A program made the translations under genes and the position numbers. Under the pieces are notes generated by a model, which worked only from the letters and a program-made list of their open reading frames with translations, did not search any database and had not been told where the DNA came from. DNA of 43,444 bases from Callorhinchus milii (lineage: Eukaryota), in contig NW_024704768.1 of NCBI RefSeq assembly GCF_018977255.1, forward strand, positions 2,728,001 through 2,771,444, read 5' to 3'. Shown in pieces: positions 28,014-40,999 of the stretch. The stretch's first letter is position 1. Every line of letters begins with the position of its first letter.

Positions 28014-29589
28014 ATGGCGGCGCCCACCGGCGGTCCCGCGCTGTTCGGGAACTTCAGCCGTTATTATCAGTTCAACCCGACGGCCGAACGGCTCAGCCTC
28101 ATCCCCGCCGCCGCCATCACTGAGCTGCTGCCGCCCCGCGGCTCCCGGGAGGCCCTCGCCCTGGATGTGGGCTGTAACTGTGGGGTAAGTGGGCGACCCC
28201 CCCCCACCCCACCCCCCCCACCCTCACCCCCCCCACCCCACCCCCAACTCCACCCATACCACCCCCATACCCCCCACCCCCAACCCCCCACCCTCACCCC
28301 CCCACCCTCACCCCCCCCACCCCCCCCACCCTCACCCCCACCCTCACCCCACCCACCCTCACCCCCCCCACCCCCCACCCTCACCCCCCCCACCCCTCAC
28401 CCTCACCCCCCACCCTCACCCCCACCCACCCTCACCCCCCCCACCCTCACCCCCACCCACCCTCACCCCCCCACCCTCACCCCCACCCTCACCCCCCCAC
28501 CCTCACCCCTCACCCTCACCCCCACCCTCACCCCCACCCACCCTCACCCCCCCCACCCTCACCCCAACCCCCCACACACTCACCCCCAAACCCCATAACA
28601 AAATGTGCGTCGCGGTCAGTGTGAGCTCTGAGGAGCCTCTTGAGGGGCAGAAGGCCATGGATTCACAAGGGGTTGAGGCCAACGGACTGTGGGACGGAGT
28701 TCCAGAGGGCGGGGGGGGGGGGGGGGGCGGCTGGGGTGGATGTGAGGGGGGTTGGGGGGTGCAGAGAGGCTGGAGGCTTGACCGCTAGATGGTGGGTGGC
28801 CGGCCGGAGGGAGCGGTGGGAGGCTGTGGGGAGTGGGGGGGGGGTGCGCCGTGGAGCAGGAGCCGTGCCGGACCCCACTGAGCACTCGTATCGGGAGTAG
28901 TTGTTTTCTTTTTTTTAACCATCTTTAACTAAAATCTTTATAAATAAAAAAGAAAGAAAGAAAGAAAAGAACAAACTCTCTTTCGGTCTAAAAATTCCCC
29001 TCTTCAGGACTTGAGCCTCGCTCTGTACCAGCACCTCGACGGCTCGAGCGGAAACCTGCAGCCGGAGGTTCCGAGAGGGTTGAACCTGAAGCTGTTGGGC
29101 TGCGACATCGACGCCGACCTGATCCGCAGGGCCGTCGAGTCCAACCCCTTCCCGGAGTCCGTCTCGTACGTTACGCTGGACATCATGGACCCCGCGAGGC
29201 GAGAGGCCGTGCTCGAGCCCTACCTGGGCGGCTTCGGCCGGCGCTCCTTCGACATTTGCTTCTGCATGTCCGTCACCATGTGGATCCACCTCCACCACGG
29301 CGACCAGGGACTCCTGGACTTCCTGCTCCTCCTGGCCCGGCTCTCGGGGGTCCTGCTGATCGAGGCCCAGCCCTGGAGGTGTTACCGCTCGGCAGCCCGG
29401 AGGATGCGCAGGCTCGGGCGCAGCGACTTCGACCACTTCAAGAGGCTCTCGATCAGGGGTGACTTAGCGCAGAGGATCTCGCACTTTCTGGTGACAGACT
29501 GCGACATGGAGCTGCTTCACTGCTTCGGCAGCACGAGCTGGGACAGGAACTTGCTTCTGTTCAGAAAACTGCCTCCGAATCAAAGCTGA
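28014..29589 (+). CDS. BCDIN3D: RNA 5'-monophosphate methyltransferase BCDIN3D; exons 28014-28184, 29008-29589; 250 aa
   Basis: MAAP...FGNFSRYYQFNP, SAM motif LDVGCNCG|DLSLALY split by a single phase-0 intron, GCDID, FDICFCMSVTMWIHLHHGD, EAQPWRCY, FGSTSWDRNLLLF. AATAAA at 29635-29640. Confidence 0.95.
28197..28590. repeat. C-rich low-complexity array (CCCTCACCCCCCCA-like) at the start of the BCDIN3D intron
   Basis: ~400 nt of C runs separated by A/TCA, almost without G. Confidence 0.9.
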
Positions 29590-29659
29590 AACCTGCTGCG
29601 CAACGCCACCAGGAACCATCCTTACTAGGATTCAAATAAACTTGTTTTTATCATCGAAC

Positions 29660-30065
29660 AATAATAATAATAATCCTGGCATTTGACACAGCGCCTTATC
29701 ATGTCTTCGAGACGTCTCAAAGCGCTTCACAGGATATACTGTAAAGTGAATTGACTGTATGTTTTGTGGGCGAAACGCGGCGGCCAATTGCGCACAGCGG
29801 CGTCCCCACAAACAGCCGTGGATTGAAGTGACCAAATTATTATTGTTTTTATTTTATTGTATTTTTAATGGGATTATTACCCCTGGAAAAGCGATCCGCC
29901 AATCGACTGACAGCCGGGTTCCTAATTACTGCTGGTAAACAGAGGCGTGTGTGTGTGTGTGTGTGTGTGGAGTAAGGAACTTGCCCAACGTTTCGCCCTA
30001 CCTGGGTGGGAATCGATCCCAGGTCCTCTCGCTTGTGAGGTGAAGGCTCTAACCGCTGAGCTCCA
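29660..30065 (-). mobile_element. SINE (long subfamily) immediately after the BCDIN3D polyA signal
   Basis: Head at ~30010-30065, (GT)n, Deu-core body, (AAT)n tail at ~29660. Confidence 0.85.
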
Positions 30066-31239
30066 ATGATCGCTGTCCTCAGCACTCTGAGACGCTGCAT
30101 GCAGGGTGTTTAGTTTGTGTGAAGAACGAGGAGACGACGTGTTGACCGGCTGCTGCTATCGAGCGCAGTTGCAGTCGACTGGCAAAAGAGTGTGCCAGCC
30201 CGGCTCCAGAGGTTAGTGTGATAGTGAGTGGGGACTCAACAACAATAACAAACTTGCATTTATATTGCGCCCCCTCATGCAGGGTAGCGTCCAAGGGCGT
30301 TTGACGGTGGCAGAGCACAGCGCTGAGCCGGGGGAGGGGGAGATCCTCAGGCGCGACCTTAAGATGGGGGAAGGAAGGGGCAAGGGCGGAAACGCTTTGT
30401 GGGAGGAATCTTGAGTGTGCGATGAGGCGCTAAATCAAACGCAGGAATTGTTAGACAGATCCTCCCGTCTGATGAAGCACCTGAGCACGTCTCCGAGTGC
30501 TTCAGTGGTATCAGTTGTCAAGTGTAGAGGGTGTGAACCGTTTTCGAGGCAATAAATTCCGCAGGCGATCGGTGACTTGAATGTACAGTACCTGATGTCC
30601 TCGGTCAGGAATTCCCTTCGCATCAAAGAATACAATCTGCGTTCTTTTGTGTTCGCCCCAAAGGCAACTGGCCAGTCGGGCTCAGTGGCTCAGCGCTCTC
30701 GCCTCTGAGTCAGAAGATCATGGCTCCAACGTCAACAATTTATGACGTTCACGGAGAGCCTTTTACGTCAGGAGGACGTCCCAAGGCGCTGGACAGTCAG
30801 GGATCTGCAGCTGAGCTGGTGGTTGGGATCAGGAGGGGGTTGGAGGGCGGGGAGGGTAAGGGGTAGGAGGGTCACTGATAGCGCGGTCGAAGAGGCGGGT
30901 CTTGAGATGGGTCTTGTAGGAGAAGAGCGAGGGGGTGAGGCGAAAGGACCGTGGGATGGAGGTCCAGAAGGTGACAATGCAGCGTTTTCTCTCCCTCCCA
31001 CTCACCCCCCGCCACCCCCTCGGGGCTGGAGTGAGTGTCAGCCTGGACAGTGAACTCAAAGGAACAGGTGGCTTTGAGAGGCAAAGCAGTTGATGGCTCA
31101 GGGGTTGGGTTGAGGTTGAAGAGACTCCTAAATTAATGTTTTTTTGTGGTAAACAAAGCGTGGCTGTATTTCAGTGACAACAGCCTATGTGCCTGACATC
31201 ACCAGGTGCTACTTGATGGTCCATATGATGCAGTGAATA

Positions 31240-31304
31240 CAGACTGAGTAACCTTTTGTCTCGTGTGGGCTCTCGAAATCAATTATGAAGGGTTACTCAG
31301 TCTG
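31240..31304. mobile_element. Tiny Tc1/mariner (Tigger-like) MITE
   Basis: TA|CAGACTGAGTAACC ... GGTTACTCAGTCTG|TA: perfect terminal inverted repeats with TA on both sides. Confidence 0.6.
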
Positions 31305-33369
31305 TATAACCGTAGAAGAAATGGATCGTGAATAATTCAGCTTCGATTGTTGAGCACAACGACAGCAATTGCTAATTTCCCCGGGACTGTGGGAGAAACA
31401 ATGGGCAAGTGTCCTTACTCCACACACCCTCCTCCGTTCACCTACCAGTAAGTAGGGACCCGGTTGTTAGTCGATTGGCGGATCGCTTTTACTGCCTTCA
31501 AAAAATAATAATTTGGTTGCCTCAATCCACGACTTTGTGGGACGCTGCAGTGTGCAATTGGCTGCCGCGTTTCGCCCACAAAACATACAGTCAATTCGCT
31601 TCACAGTACCTTCTATGAAGCGCTTTGAGATGTCTCGAAGACGTGATGAGGCGCTGTATCAAGTGCAAGGATTATTATTATTATAAAGCATCAATTCCAT
31701 GACCTTATTGGATGGCGGGGCAGGGCTCGAGTTGCCGAATGGCCTACTCCTGCTCCTAATTCTTATGTTCTTATGTCCATAGAGGCTTCAATCCCAACAC
31801 TGGACACAAGGTGATGCCCTAATTCTACATGGTTGACCCACTCGGTTCGTTTCATGAGCATAAGAGGCAGACTCACTGGTTGCTGTGTTTCTGGTTTCTC
31901 TTTGACCGTGCCTTCAGCTCCCCTCTCGACTCTCTACCCCCTCCTCGCTCCCTCCCTTCCCTCCCCTCACCCTGACCATTTCCCCCCAATGCTCGGGTCC
32001 TGACCCAACTGTACAGTGCCTTGGGACGTCCTCCCGACGTGAAAGGCGCTCAATAAATGGAATCTTGTTGTTGTTGTTGCTGTAACCAGGGAATCTCCCC
32101 ACTCAGCTCCTGTTAACCCTGCAAGCCCAAGCCCTAATCGGTAGGGTGGTCCTAGCTGGACAAGCTGCAGGAAAGCTTGCCAGGCAGCGCTCTTAACGGC
32201 AAACTGGGTTTATGATAACAATAATCCTTGCATTTGATAGAGCGCCTCATCGCATCTTCACAAAGTGACTGTGTTTTGCGGGCGAAACGTAGCAGCCATT
32301 TACGCACGGCGGTGTCCCACAAACAGTAGAGGATTGAGTGACCAAATTACTATTATGTTTTAATATATTTTTGGGAGGGATTGTTACCCCCGGAATCATT
32401 CAGAACCTGACTCTACCAAAAAAAAAAAGCACCTTAGCTGGTTAGATGCCAGCAGTTATCCTCAAGGCACACTCTGGGAGTCACCAATTCCTCGCTCTTA
32501 TGAGACTCTTGGGTTTGCTTCTATGTGTTTAATTGCTGCCAAGTGTAGTAACTGTGTTTTCCAAGTCCACTGCACCCAATTTCACCCGGCAATCTCCCAC
32601 AAACAGCTATAATAAGAAATAAACAATAATCCTTGCATCTAAGCGCTTCACAGAATATACTGTAAAGTGTAGTGACTTGTGGGTGAAGTCTATAACTTGT
32701 TTTGTTATAGACCGAGACAAAGGGGGTGGGAGATTTCGTTTATGGTGGCAAAGCGCATCGATTGTCTCAGTCAAAGGTTACTTAAATATTAATGATTGCC
32801 GCGCGTTGGATTAAATATTTAAACTGCAGAACAATGTTGGGATCAACCAGAGAAGACGAGGCTTTCTGTCCATTGTGGTTCAGCTTTGAGGCACACACTT
32901 GTGTGTATCGCCTGTTCCTGTAGAGTCGCAGATTACTCACCTTTGCCTCGTATCGTTTAAACGATCACTGGCTTCTTGGCTCTTTGCAGGAATGTTGCTG
33001 TATGCAAATTTGGCTGCTGCATTTCGCACACAATCAGTAAAATCCTGTGAAGTGATTTGAGAAATGCGCCGTATCAAATGTAAGGATTATCCATTGCTTC
33101 CAAATCAGAGTTTGATCGCGATTACTCGGGCTTTCGTGAGTACAAGATCCTACATCTTGTGGTATTAATTTTTTGGTGTCTGACCCATGCGAAGAGTTTC
33201 CAACCCAAACAGAGAATTCCACGGCATCAAAATGCATCCAGCAACGTCAGAAACTTTACTAATCAGCCGTTGGCAATTCAGCTTTCACCTGAGCGTAGAC
33301 TTTATAGCAATCATTAACACACAGTGTTTGCTTTGCAAATCCTTTCTCTGAGCTCAAGAATGCTCAAAT

Positions 33370-33785
33370 CTTTGGCTCAGTCAGTAGCGCTCAGGCCTCT
33401 ACGTTAGAAGGTTGTAGCTTTGAACCCCATGTCACAACTCACACTCTAAGCTGATGCTCCAGTGAAGGCTGGGGGGAGAGGTGGTGGGGAGAGCTGCATT
33501 GTCGGAGTTGCCGTCCTTCGGAGGAGATGTTAAATCGAGGTCCCGGCTGCCTGTTCAGGTGGACGTTAAATATCCCACAGCGCTAATCGTTTCTTTCGGT
33601 TTCCTGACTGACGCATAGAATCAGTCATTCAGGACATTGCTGTGTGCAAATTGGCTGCCACGTTTGTCTACAAAATCCACAGTCTCTACACTTTACAGTA
33701 GGTATCCATATATATCCCGTGAAGCGCTTTGAGGCATCTGCCTGATGTGAAAAACTCTATCAAATGTAAGGATTGTTGTTGATGT
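33370..33785 (+). mobile_element. Older SINE with long Deu domain (SacSINE1/AmnSINE1-like); other fragments ~3770-4000(+), ~6230-6465(-), ~11090-11310(-), ~13555-13790(-), ~19975-20290(+), ~36520-36670(-)
   Basis: gctgcattgtcggag-tgccgtccttcgga-gagatgttaaa-cgaggtccc...tcaggtggacgttaaa-atccca, the conserved DeuSINE core. Confidence 0.75.
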
Positions 33786-34250
33786 GATAAGGCGCTACAT
33801 CAAATGCAAGGATCATCGTTATTAATGAAAAGGATGCTGGAGACTGAGCCAGGCTGTTGCACAATTTTGTGGGGGGGTGGAAATCAATAAAAGAGGTGGT
33901 CAATTAACACTCTGTAGTTACATTAAATCAAGTAAATCGACAGTTTGTAGAGGTTAATCAATTCATGTTCCCCCTCTCCTCCAAAATGACCTTCCCAAGA
34001 TGCAGCTTGAGATGGGGAAGTGGTGTAATGTCTCAATAAGAAAGTCATTAATGTGTGGCTTGTACAATCAGCCTACTAGTCATATACAGAGATAGGTTTA
34101 TCTGGTGCAATGGTGTTCTAACCACCTGTAGACTGGCTCAGTTCCTCCTTGAGGTGACGAAGGGAGGGGCGGGGATGGTTATAGTTATTTGCCTTTTATG
34201 GTTATTGCCGCTCAACCTCCGTGTAAAGGGAGATAACCAGGACTGGTTCT

Positions 34251-34559
34251 CCTCGCATTTGAGACAGCGCCTTATCTCGTCTTCGAGACGTCTCAAGGCG
34301 CTTCACAGAATAGACTGTAAAGTGAATTGACTGTATATTTGTGGGCGAACGCGGCAGCCAATTGCACACAGCAATGTCCCACAAACAGTCGTAGATTGAA
34401 AATGACCAATTTATTATTGTTTTTGGTTTTGGAGGGATTATTATTAGGCTCTGTGTGGAGTAAGGAAACTTGCCCATGGTTTGGCCCTCTGCCTGGAATT
34501 GAACTCAGGTCTCTCACTTGCAAAGCGAGTGCTCTAACCACTGAGCCACAGGACTCCAC
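34251..34559 (-). mobile_element. Full-length young SINE
   Basis: Reverse complement of the 10314-type SINE. Confidence 0.88.
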
Positions 34560-37500
34560 AGCTATTATTATTATTATCATAACATCTCATACTTTGCCAG
34601 TTTTGCTAAACACAGGAAATGTTAGATGCACAATGCAGACCCGGAGCTAATAATAATAATCCTCACATCTGATATCGCAGCATTGCACCACAGAGAGCCA
34701 CGGAATCGTTTTTATTTGGAGGACATTTGTTGCCCGGGACACCAGGAGAGAGCAACTCCCTTTGAAAAGAGGCTTTCTCTCTCTCTCTCTCTCTCGCTGC
34801 ACATTCCTGGCAAACAGGTTCCTGCAGGCTGGGTTTGGGTGGAGCAGAGAGTGAGCTATGGAGATAACCTTTAAACAATTCGTATCACTTTTTATAGTGA
34901 TTGTGGCAGCCGTGTTATCTCGCTTGGGCTCGTTCCTCAATGATCTGATGAAAGTACAGTATACAGTAGTGGGGGCACAAGAAAGGGGGAGATTCGTTGC
35001 AAGAACGACAACAAAGGAAGAGGTTGAAGAGGCATAGTTTTGCCCAGAGGCTTGAATGGGACATGGACTGCCTCCCTCAAAACCCCGATTGAAGCAGAAT
35101 CCACAACAATAACCCTTGCATTTGATACCGAGTCTCACCGCGTCTTCGAGACACCTTGAGGTGCCCCCAAGCCCTCTGGAACTCCATCCCGCAGTCCCTC
35201 CGCCTCGCCCCAACCCCCGCAACCTGCCCTCCACCCTCCCTGACCCCCAGCGCGGGTCCGAAACTCTTGTCTGTCCAGCGCCTCGGGACGTCCTCAAATG
35301 TTGCGTTGTTGTCAGCGTTCTCCCATTCGATCGATATACGCGATCTATTACAGCGAGGTGGGGCTCGGGCTGGAACATTTCTGCGATTGATTGGGTTCCT
35401 CTTCCCGTAAACTGAGGAACTCATTAATAATACGTTAACCCACCAAAGACACAGCTGGGGCCCGACTTAATAATTTAGACGCCGGCAGCAAAGGGGTCTC
35501 GGCGGTGGCTGTTTCTATTTCAAGAAGTGATGTCGGCCGTTCTTCCTGGACACCGGACGTAGGAAGTGACATCGGGGCAGAGGATATTTATTTTATAATT
35601 ATCGTAATAATAATAATCATAATAACCCTCGTTTTCGATGCAACCAACGCCTTATCACGTCGTCGAGACGTCTCAAAGCGCTTCACGGGACTCGCCGTAA
35701 AGTGAATTGACTCGTGTGTATTGCGGGCGAAATCCATTAATTATTATTAATGCATCTAATAACTCTTAACTCCCCCCCCCAACCCCCCCAAAGAAAATTA
35801 AGGCTCTCCTTTAAAAACAACGTTCCGAATTCTGGGCCCTCTGAAACGAGGTGAAAGTGAAATCTAAGCGAAGGGTGGAATTTCTCCCTCAGGCGCATAC
35901 AGCGCAACACAATAGAAAATAACATTTACGCAGCGCCTTTCAAGTCGAGGGGGAACAGTCGGGGATTTGGACCCAAACCGGGGGGGGGGGAGAGGATCAG
36001 GGAGGGTGGAGGGTCGGGGTACGAGGGTGGCTGAAGGCGCAGTCGAGGAGGAGGGTCTCGAGAAGCACCTTGAAGGAGGTGAGGGAGAATTGCGATGGAT
36101 TTGTAGCCTGAGACGAGCTGGTTTGATAGACGACCTGGGGGTTTAACTGGTTGAAGCATGTTCTGTGGATTAATTTCTGCACTCACTGATGACTGACGAC
36201 ATTTCTTTTGCTCAGTGTTTTATTGTGGCCCTCTGAAATAGGGCTGCGATCGTCTGCGATCCAGATGTCGCAACGTCACACCCATACAGTGACTTATATA
36301 CTTGACAGCGCCCTTTTGTGTCAAGACATCTGAAAATGTCTCACGGTGATTTGTTTTTTTCCTGTCTAGAAATCCTAACGCGGGAGGTGTTGTGTGCTTT
36401 GAGGATTTGGTGACATGATAAAGGCTGTCAAAACTTTTCAAACCACTTTATGGCGGGCAATTAGTGTCAAGTGTATAGTGACTGATTTCTTTACAGGCAA
36501 AAAAGCAGCCGCCAAAGTCCACACAGCCAATTAATTGTCCCACAGACAGCCACGAAGTGAGTGACTGACTGACCGTAACTGGAAAATTGTCGGCCAGGAC
36601 ACCAGGAGAGAGGAAACTCCCTTCTCTCTTCAAGGAGAGTCGCGGGATCTGTAACCTCCACCCGAACAGGCACGAGCGGGGAGCTCGTTTCCCAATAATT
36701 ATGGAATAAAATCGCAGTGAATCCCGTGAAGTGCTTTGAGACAACTTTCTGGCGCGACATGTCGCAAAGTATTTTTATTATTCCCCATGTCGCGATGCGC
36801 ACATCGCCTGCCACAACCAAAAGAACCAACACCGTGACTCCACTTCACGGCAACTTCCACAAAGAGCTTTGAGACATCTTTCTGACGCTGTCAAACATGA
36901 GGTTTATTGGGGTTTTTTTTTTTTTTACGTTAACCTTTTGCTTATGGCTTTCCCTACTTTGGGCGACTCCAGTCATTTCGTCCTCTCAGACCAGAAAGGC
37001 ATCTCAGAGCTGAAACGTTTTGTGAGAAGTGAGAAAGTCTGACCGCTCCCTGTGAAAGAATTCTGCTCTGCCTCCCCTTGCACTCAGCAGCGCTCAAACG
37101 CCCAGTTGTATCTTTCTCTAAACTCTTTAGAAACCTTCCCACGGTACAAACCCTTGGAGACGTGAAAGATTGGCTCAGTCTCTCTCCTCCGAAGGCCAAC
37201 GACGACGACGGCGACAACAACAACTTGCATTTGCGTAGCCACCCCTCACACGGGGCAGCGTCCCAGAGCGCTTGGGTTGAGCGTTGAAAGGATAATTTCA
37301 GGACCTGATTCCAATTTGCCACTTGGATGAAGGAACAGGGTTTGATTGCGTTTGAACAGTAACAGCTCGCAAATATTTTGCGCCGTCCGCGATGGCGTCT
37401 CGGAGCGCTTTCGAGAAACACTCCCGACTCATAACTGACTCCTCGAAAAGCCCTGGGAGTGAGTGGGCGCCATTTTGGATGGGGGTCCAGTTTCTCAGCG

Positions 37501-37928
37501 CCATAAATTCCCCTCACGGACCTATTCACGGGAACGTGGGCAAATTTAGACGTGAGCTTAGCCCCCTTACTTGCCCGTCTTCAACAACAACAACAACAGC
37601 AGCAGCAACGGCAACGTTGGGGGTGGTAGGGGGGGTGGAGCGAGGAGATGAACGCAAGCACGGTCCAAATTTGAGACAACCTTCTACTTTGTAAACAGCC
37701 ACAGAATACGCAGTCACTGCACTTTACGGTGTATTCTGTGAAGCGGGTTTGCGGCGTCTCGAAAAGGAGATCAGGCGCTGTGTCAAATGCGAGGATAATT
37801 ATTATCATTATGGTGTCCGACTGGATCTTGACCGTCGGGGCGGTCTCGTGTAATAGTCCCTGCCTTCGATACAGCACCTTCAGCCATCGTGCGTCTCGCT
37901 CACAGTGAGTCACAGCTCACAGCTCACA

Positions 37929-38259
37929 GTGGAGTCCTGTAGCTCAGTGGTGAGAGCACTCGCTTTGCAAGTGAGAGACCTGAGTTCAATCCCAGGCAGA
38001 GGGCGAAACCTCGGGCAAGTTTCCTTACTCCACACAGAGCCTAATAATAATCCTCCAAAAAAAAACAATAATAAATTGGTCATTTTCAATCCACGACTGT
38101 TTGTGGGACATTGCTGTGCGCAATTGGCTGCCGCGTTCGCCCACAAATATACAGTCAATTCACTTTACAGTGTGTTCTGTGAAGCGCTTTGGGACGTCCT
38201 CCCGACGTGAAAAGCGCTATATCAAATGCAAGGATTATTATTATTATTATTATTATTAT
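37929..38259 (+). mobile_element. Full-length young SINE, TSD GCTCAC
   Basis: 10314-type sequence; GCTCAC at 37898-37903 and 38263-38268. Confidence 0.9.
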
Positions 38260-39181
38260 TTTGCTCACCGCGATTCCTCCGACTTCACTCAACGCTAAGA
38301 CTTGGTATGCGAAGGGGATGGGAGTACTGGATAAATCACCCTCATGGAATTTGCGTTCCGGGTGTAGCCTTGCCGTAGCATGCACAGATCCTATTTGGAT
38401 TTGGGTTACACTGTGCATCGCTTACCTATTAATCAATTGGCACTGGTGTGTGGTGTGTGCGCGCGTGCGTGCGTGTGCGCGTGCGCGCGTGTGTGTGGCG
38501 TATATGTGTGTATGCCACAAGCAATACGGCGTCCCTCATCTAAATTCCTGTGTCCAACACGCCCTTACCGGTAGGAAAGGTTCTCCTGCAAACGAGGAGC
38601 TGTTTGAGACCAGTTACAATCTGTGTTTAGGTGCCTTCCTGTAGCACTGCACTTGGCGACTCACTTCTTGCGTCTCTTACGCTCGGCCAAGGAAACGTGA
38701 CGCGCAGCATCGTTTAACCTCAACTTAATCCTGAGCGGTGCATTAAAGAATAATATCCCTTGCACCCGACGAGTCCCTTTCACATCAGGAGATTGTCGCA
38801 GTAAGAGCATATCGCTGTAAGGTGCAGGTATAAGGCACCGGTGATTGTCTGGCTCTGCGCAGGGACTACTGGGCGAAGAGAAGGGGGGTCTGGGTTCGGA
38901 ACGCAGCCGAGCAATTGATTCCAAAAAAAAACCAAAAACAATAATAAATTGGTCATTTTCAATCTACGACTGTTTGTGGGACATTGCTGTGCGCAATTGG
39001 CTGCCGCGTTCGCCCACAAATATACAGTCAATTCACTTTACAGTGTGTTCTGTGAAGCGCTTTGGGACGTCCTCCCGACGTGAAAAGCGCTATATCAAAT
39101 GCAAGGATTATTATTATTATTATTATTATTGGTGGGTTGGAATATTGCAGTGCAGATTTCTGTGTGATTGAGAGAGAAAGC

Positions 39182-39207
<26 letters not shown>

Positions 39208-39212
<5 letters not shown>

Positions 39213-39513
39213 GTCCTGTAGCTCAGTGGTTAGAGCACTCGCTTTGTAAGCGAGAGACCTGGGTTCAGTTCCCGGCAGAGGGCCAAACCTTGGGCAAGTT
39301 TCCTTACTCCACACAGAGCCTAATAATAATCCCTCCTAAAAAAAAAAAGAATAAATCGGTCATTTTCCACCCACGACTGTTTGTGGGACAGACGCTGCTG
39401 CGCGCAATCGGCCGCCGCGATTCGCACCACAAGTATACGGTCAATTCGCTTTACAGCACATTCTGCGAAGCGCTTTGTGAGACGTCTCGAATATCATTAT
39501 TATTATTATTATT
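39208..39513 (+). mobile_element. SINE preceded by (GA)n; a headless copy lies at ~38925-39130
   Basis: Head, body and shortened tail. Confidence 0.85.
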
Positions 39514-39719
39514 CTTCGAAAGATTGGAGCCAACTTTTGCCCACAACGACTACCTCCCTGCCCTGGAGGTCTCTCACTACCCGCCTGAGCACAAAGAAAG
39601 CTTTGACATGTTTTCCGGGCGTGGCACACTTCGCCCTTTGCCAACTGCGGTAAACTCCTCGGATCCGCCTCGCTTCGTTCGCCAACTTAGCACTCTCGGC
39701 CTTACTCAGCGCCGCAAAC

Positions 39720-40098
39720 AAATAACAACGCCGATCATCATCCCGGCGTCCGATGCAACGCCTCATCGAGACGTCTCAAAGCGCTTCGCGGGATCGACTG
39801 GCACATCTCGTGGGCGAAACGCGGCCCGCCAGTTACGCCCCGCGACGTCCCCAGAAACAGTCGGCGATTTAGTGACCTGTTTGATTCTTTTTTTTTTCGT
39901 TGGAAGGAATTGTTATCCCCCGGAAACGCGATCCGCCAATCGACTGCTAGTTAAACAGTGGCGCACGCGTGTGCGCGTGCGTGTGCGTGCGTGGAGTAAG
40001 GAAACTTGCCCAACTTTTCGCCCTGCCCGTCCGCGAATCGAACCCAGCTCTCTTCGCTTGCGAGGCGAGTGCTCCAACCACCGAGCTACGGGACTCCT
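39720..40098 (-). mobile_element. SINE (long subfamily), tail-to-tail with 39208-39513
   Basis: Reverse complement head ggagtcccgtagctcggtggttggagcactcgcctcgcaagcg. Confidence 0.82.
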
Positions 40099-40104
40099 GT
40101 AGCT

Positions 40105-40710
40105 TATCAACTTAGATGCTGCGCAGAGGATTGTGACGAGGACTACCCCTTGTTTAAGAGGACTGAGCTGTGAGTGACATCTCAGGACCTTCCTCTTTGA
40201 CCGTGCTTTCAGTCAACTTCACACCCCCACGTCACCTCCCCTCCACCCCTCTTGATTCCGACCCCCAGCTCGGGTGCAAACCCTCGACCGTCCAGTGCCT
40301 TGGGACGTCCTTCTCGACGTGAAAGCCTCTATAGAAATCTAATTTGTTGTTGCTTGGTCAGTGACTGGAGGCCAAAGTCATGAGATAGTCACAAGACGAG
40401 AGAACAACAACTTGCATTTGTACAGCGCCCTTCACTTGGGGTAGCGTCCCGGAGCGCTTAAAGCAGAACTTAGGAAAAATCTTTTCACTCAGAGCGTTGC
40501 AGGGACCTGGAACACTCCACCCCAAGTAAGGTGACAGAGGCAGAGTCCGTTGTGTGTTTCAAGAGGGAAGTAGAAGGGTATGTGAAGGATCGAGGCTTGA
40601 AGAGGTGTGGGGATGGGGTCAGGGCATTGGGATAACATGTACAGCTTGCTCTGAGATCTGGTGCGGACTCGATGGGCTGAATGGCCTCCTTCTACGATTC
40701 TCTATGAACT
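40105..40710 (+). mobile_element. Degenerate CR1 LINE 3' end, interrupted by L2 tail fragments
   Basis: L--AQR--TR--P-LRGLS and FTQ-V---WN-L-like remnants; 3' UTR ggtgcggactcgatgggctgaatggcctccttct. A further CR1 tail with (ttcttatg)n is at ~31695-31778. Confidence 0.7.
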
Positions 40711-40999
40711 TGCCCGGCTACGGATCAGTGCCGAGACGTAAACCTCTGGCTTGGCGTGGAGCTGGCATCGTGGTTTGGGATGAGGCCAGCCTTGACGTGT
40801 CGTGGCGTTTCCTGGAGTTAATGGACGAGTCGGGTGGGAGGCTGGAAACCGATCAAAGCGCGGAAGGCTATGTCTCTGCCTCTGCCCAGGTTACAAGTAA
40901 GGACTGTCCAGAGTGTGATTCCTCAGTCAGGAATGTACACCCCGATTATGTCATCCAACCCATCAACCCATATCTGACGCATTCTGTCTGTGTTCTTGC

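Noticed and set aside
28185-28788. Proline/histidine-rich ORF extension after BCDIN3D exon 1
   Set aside because: Lies beyond a consensus gtaagt donor; it is an intronic C-rich repeat.
39062-40102. Longest ORF in the track (346 aa)
   Set aside because: Made of SINE, (TAT)n and (GA)n sequence read through by chance; no protein family signal.
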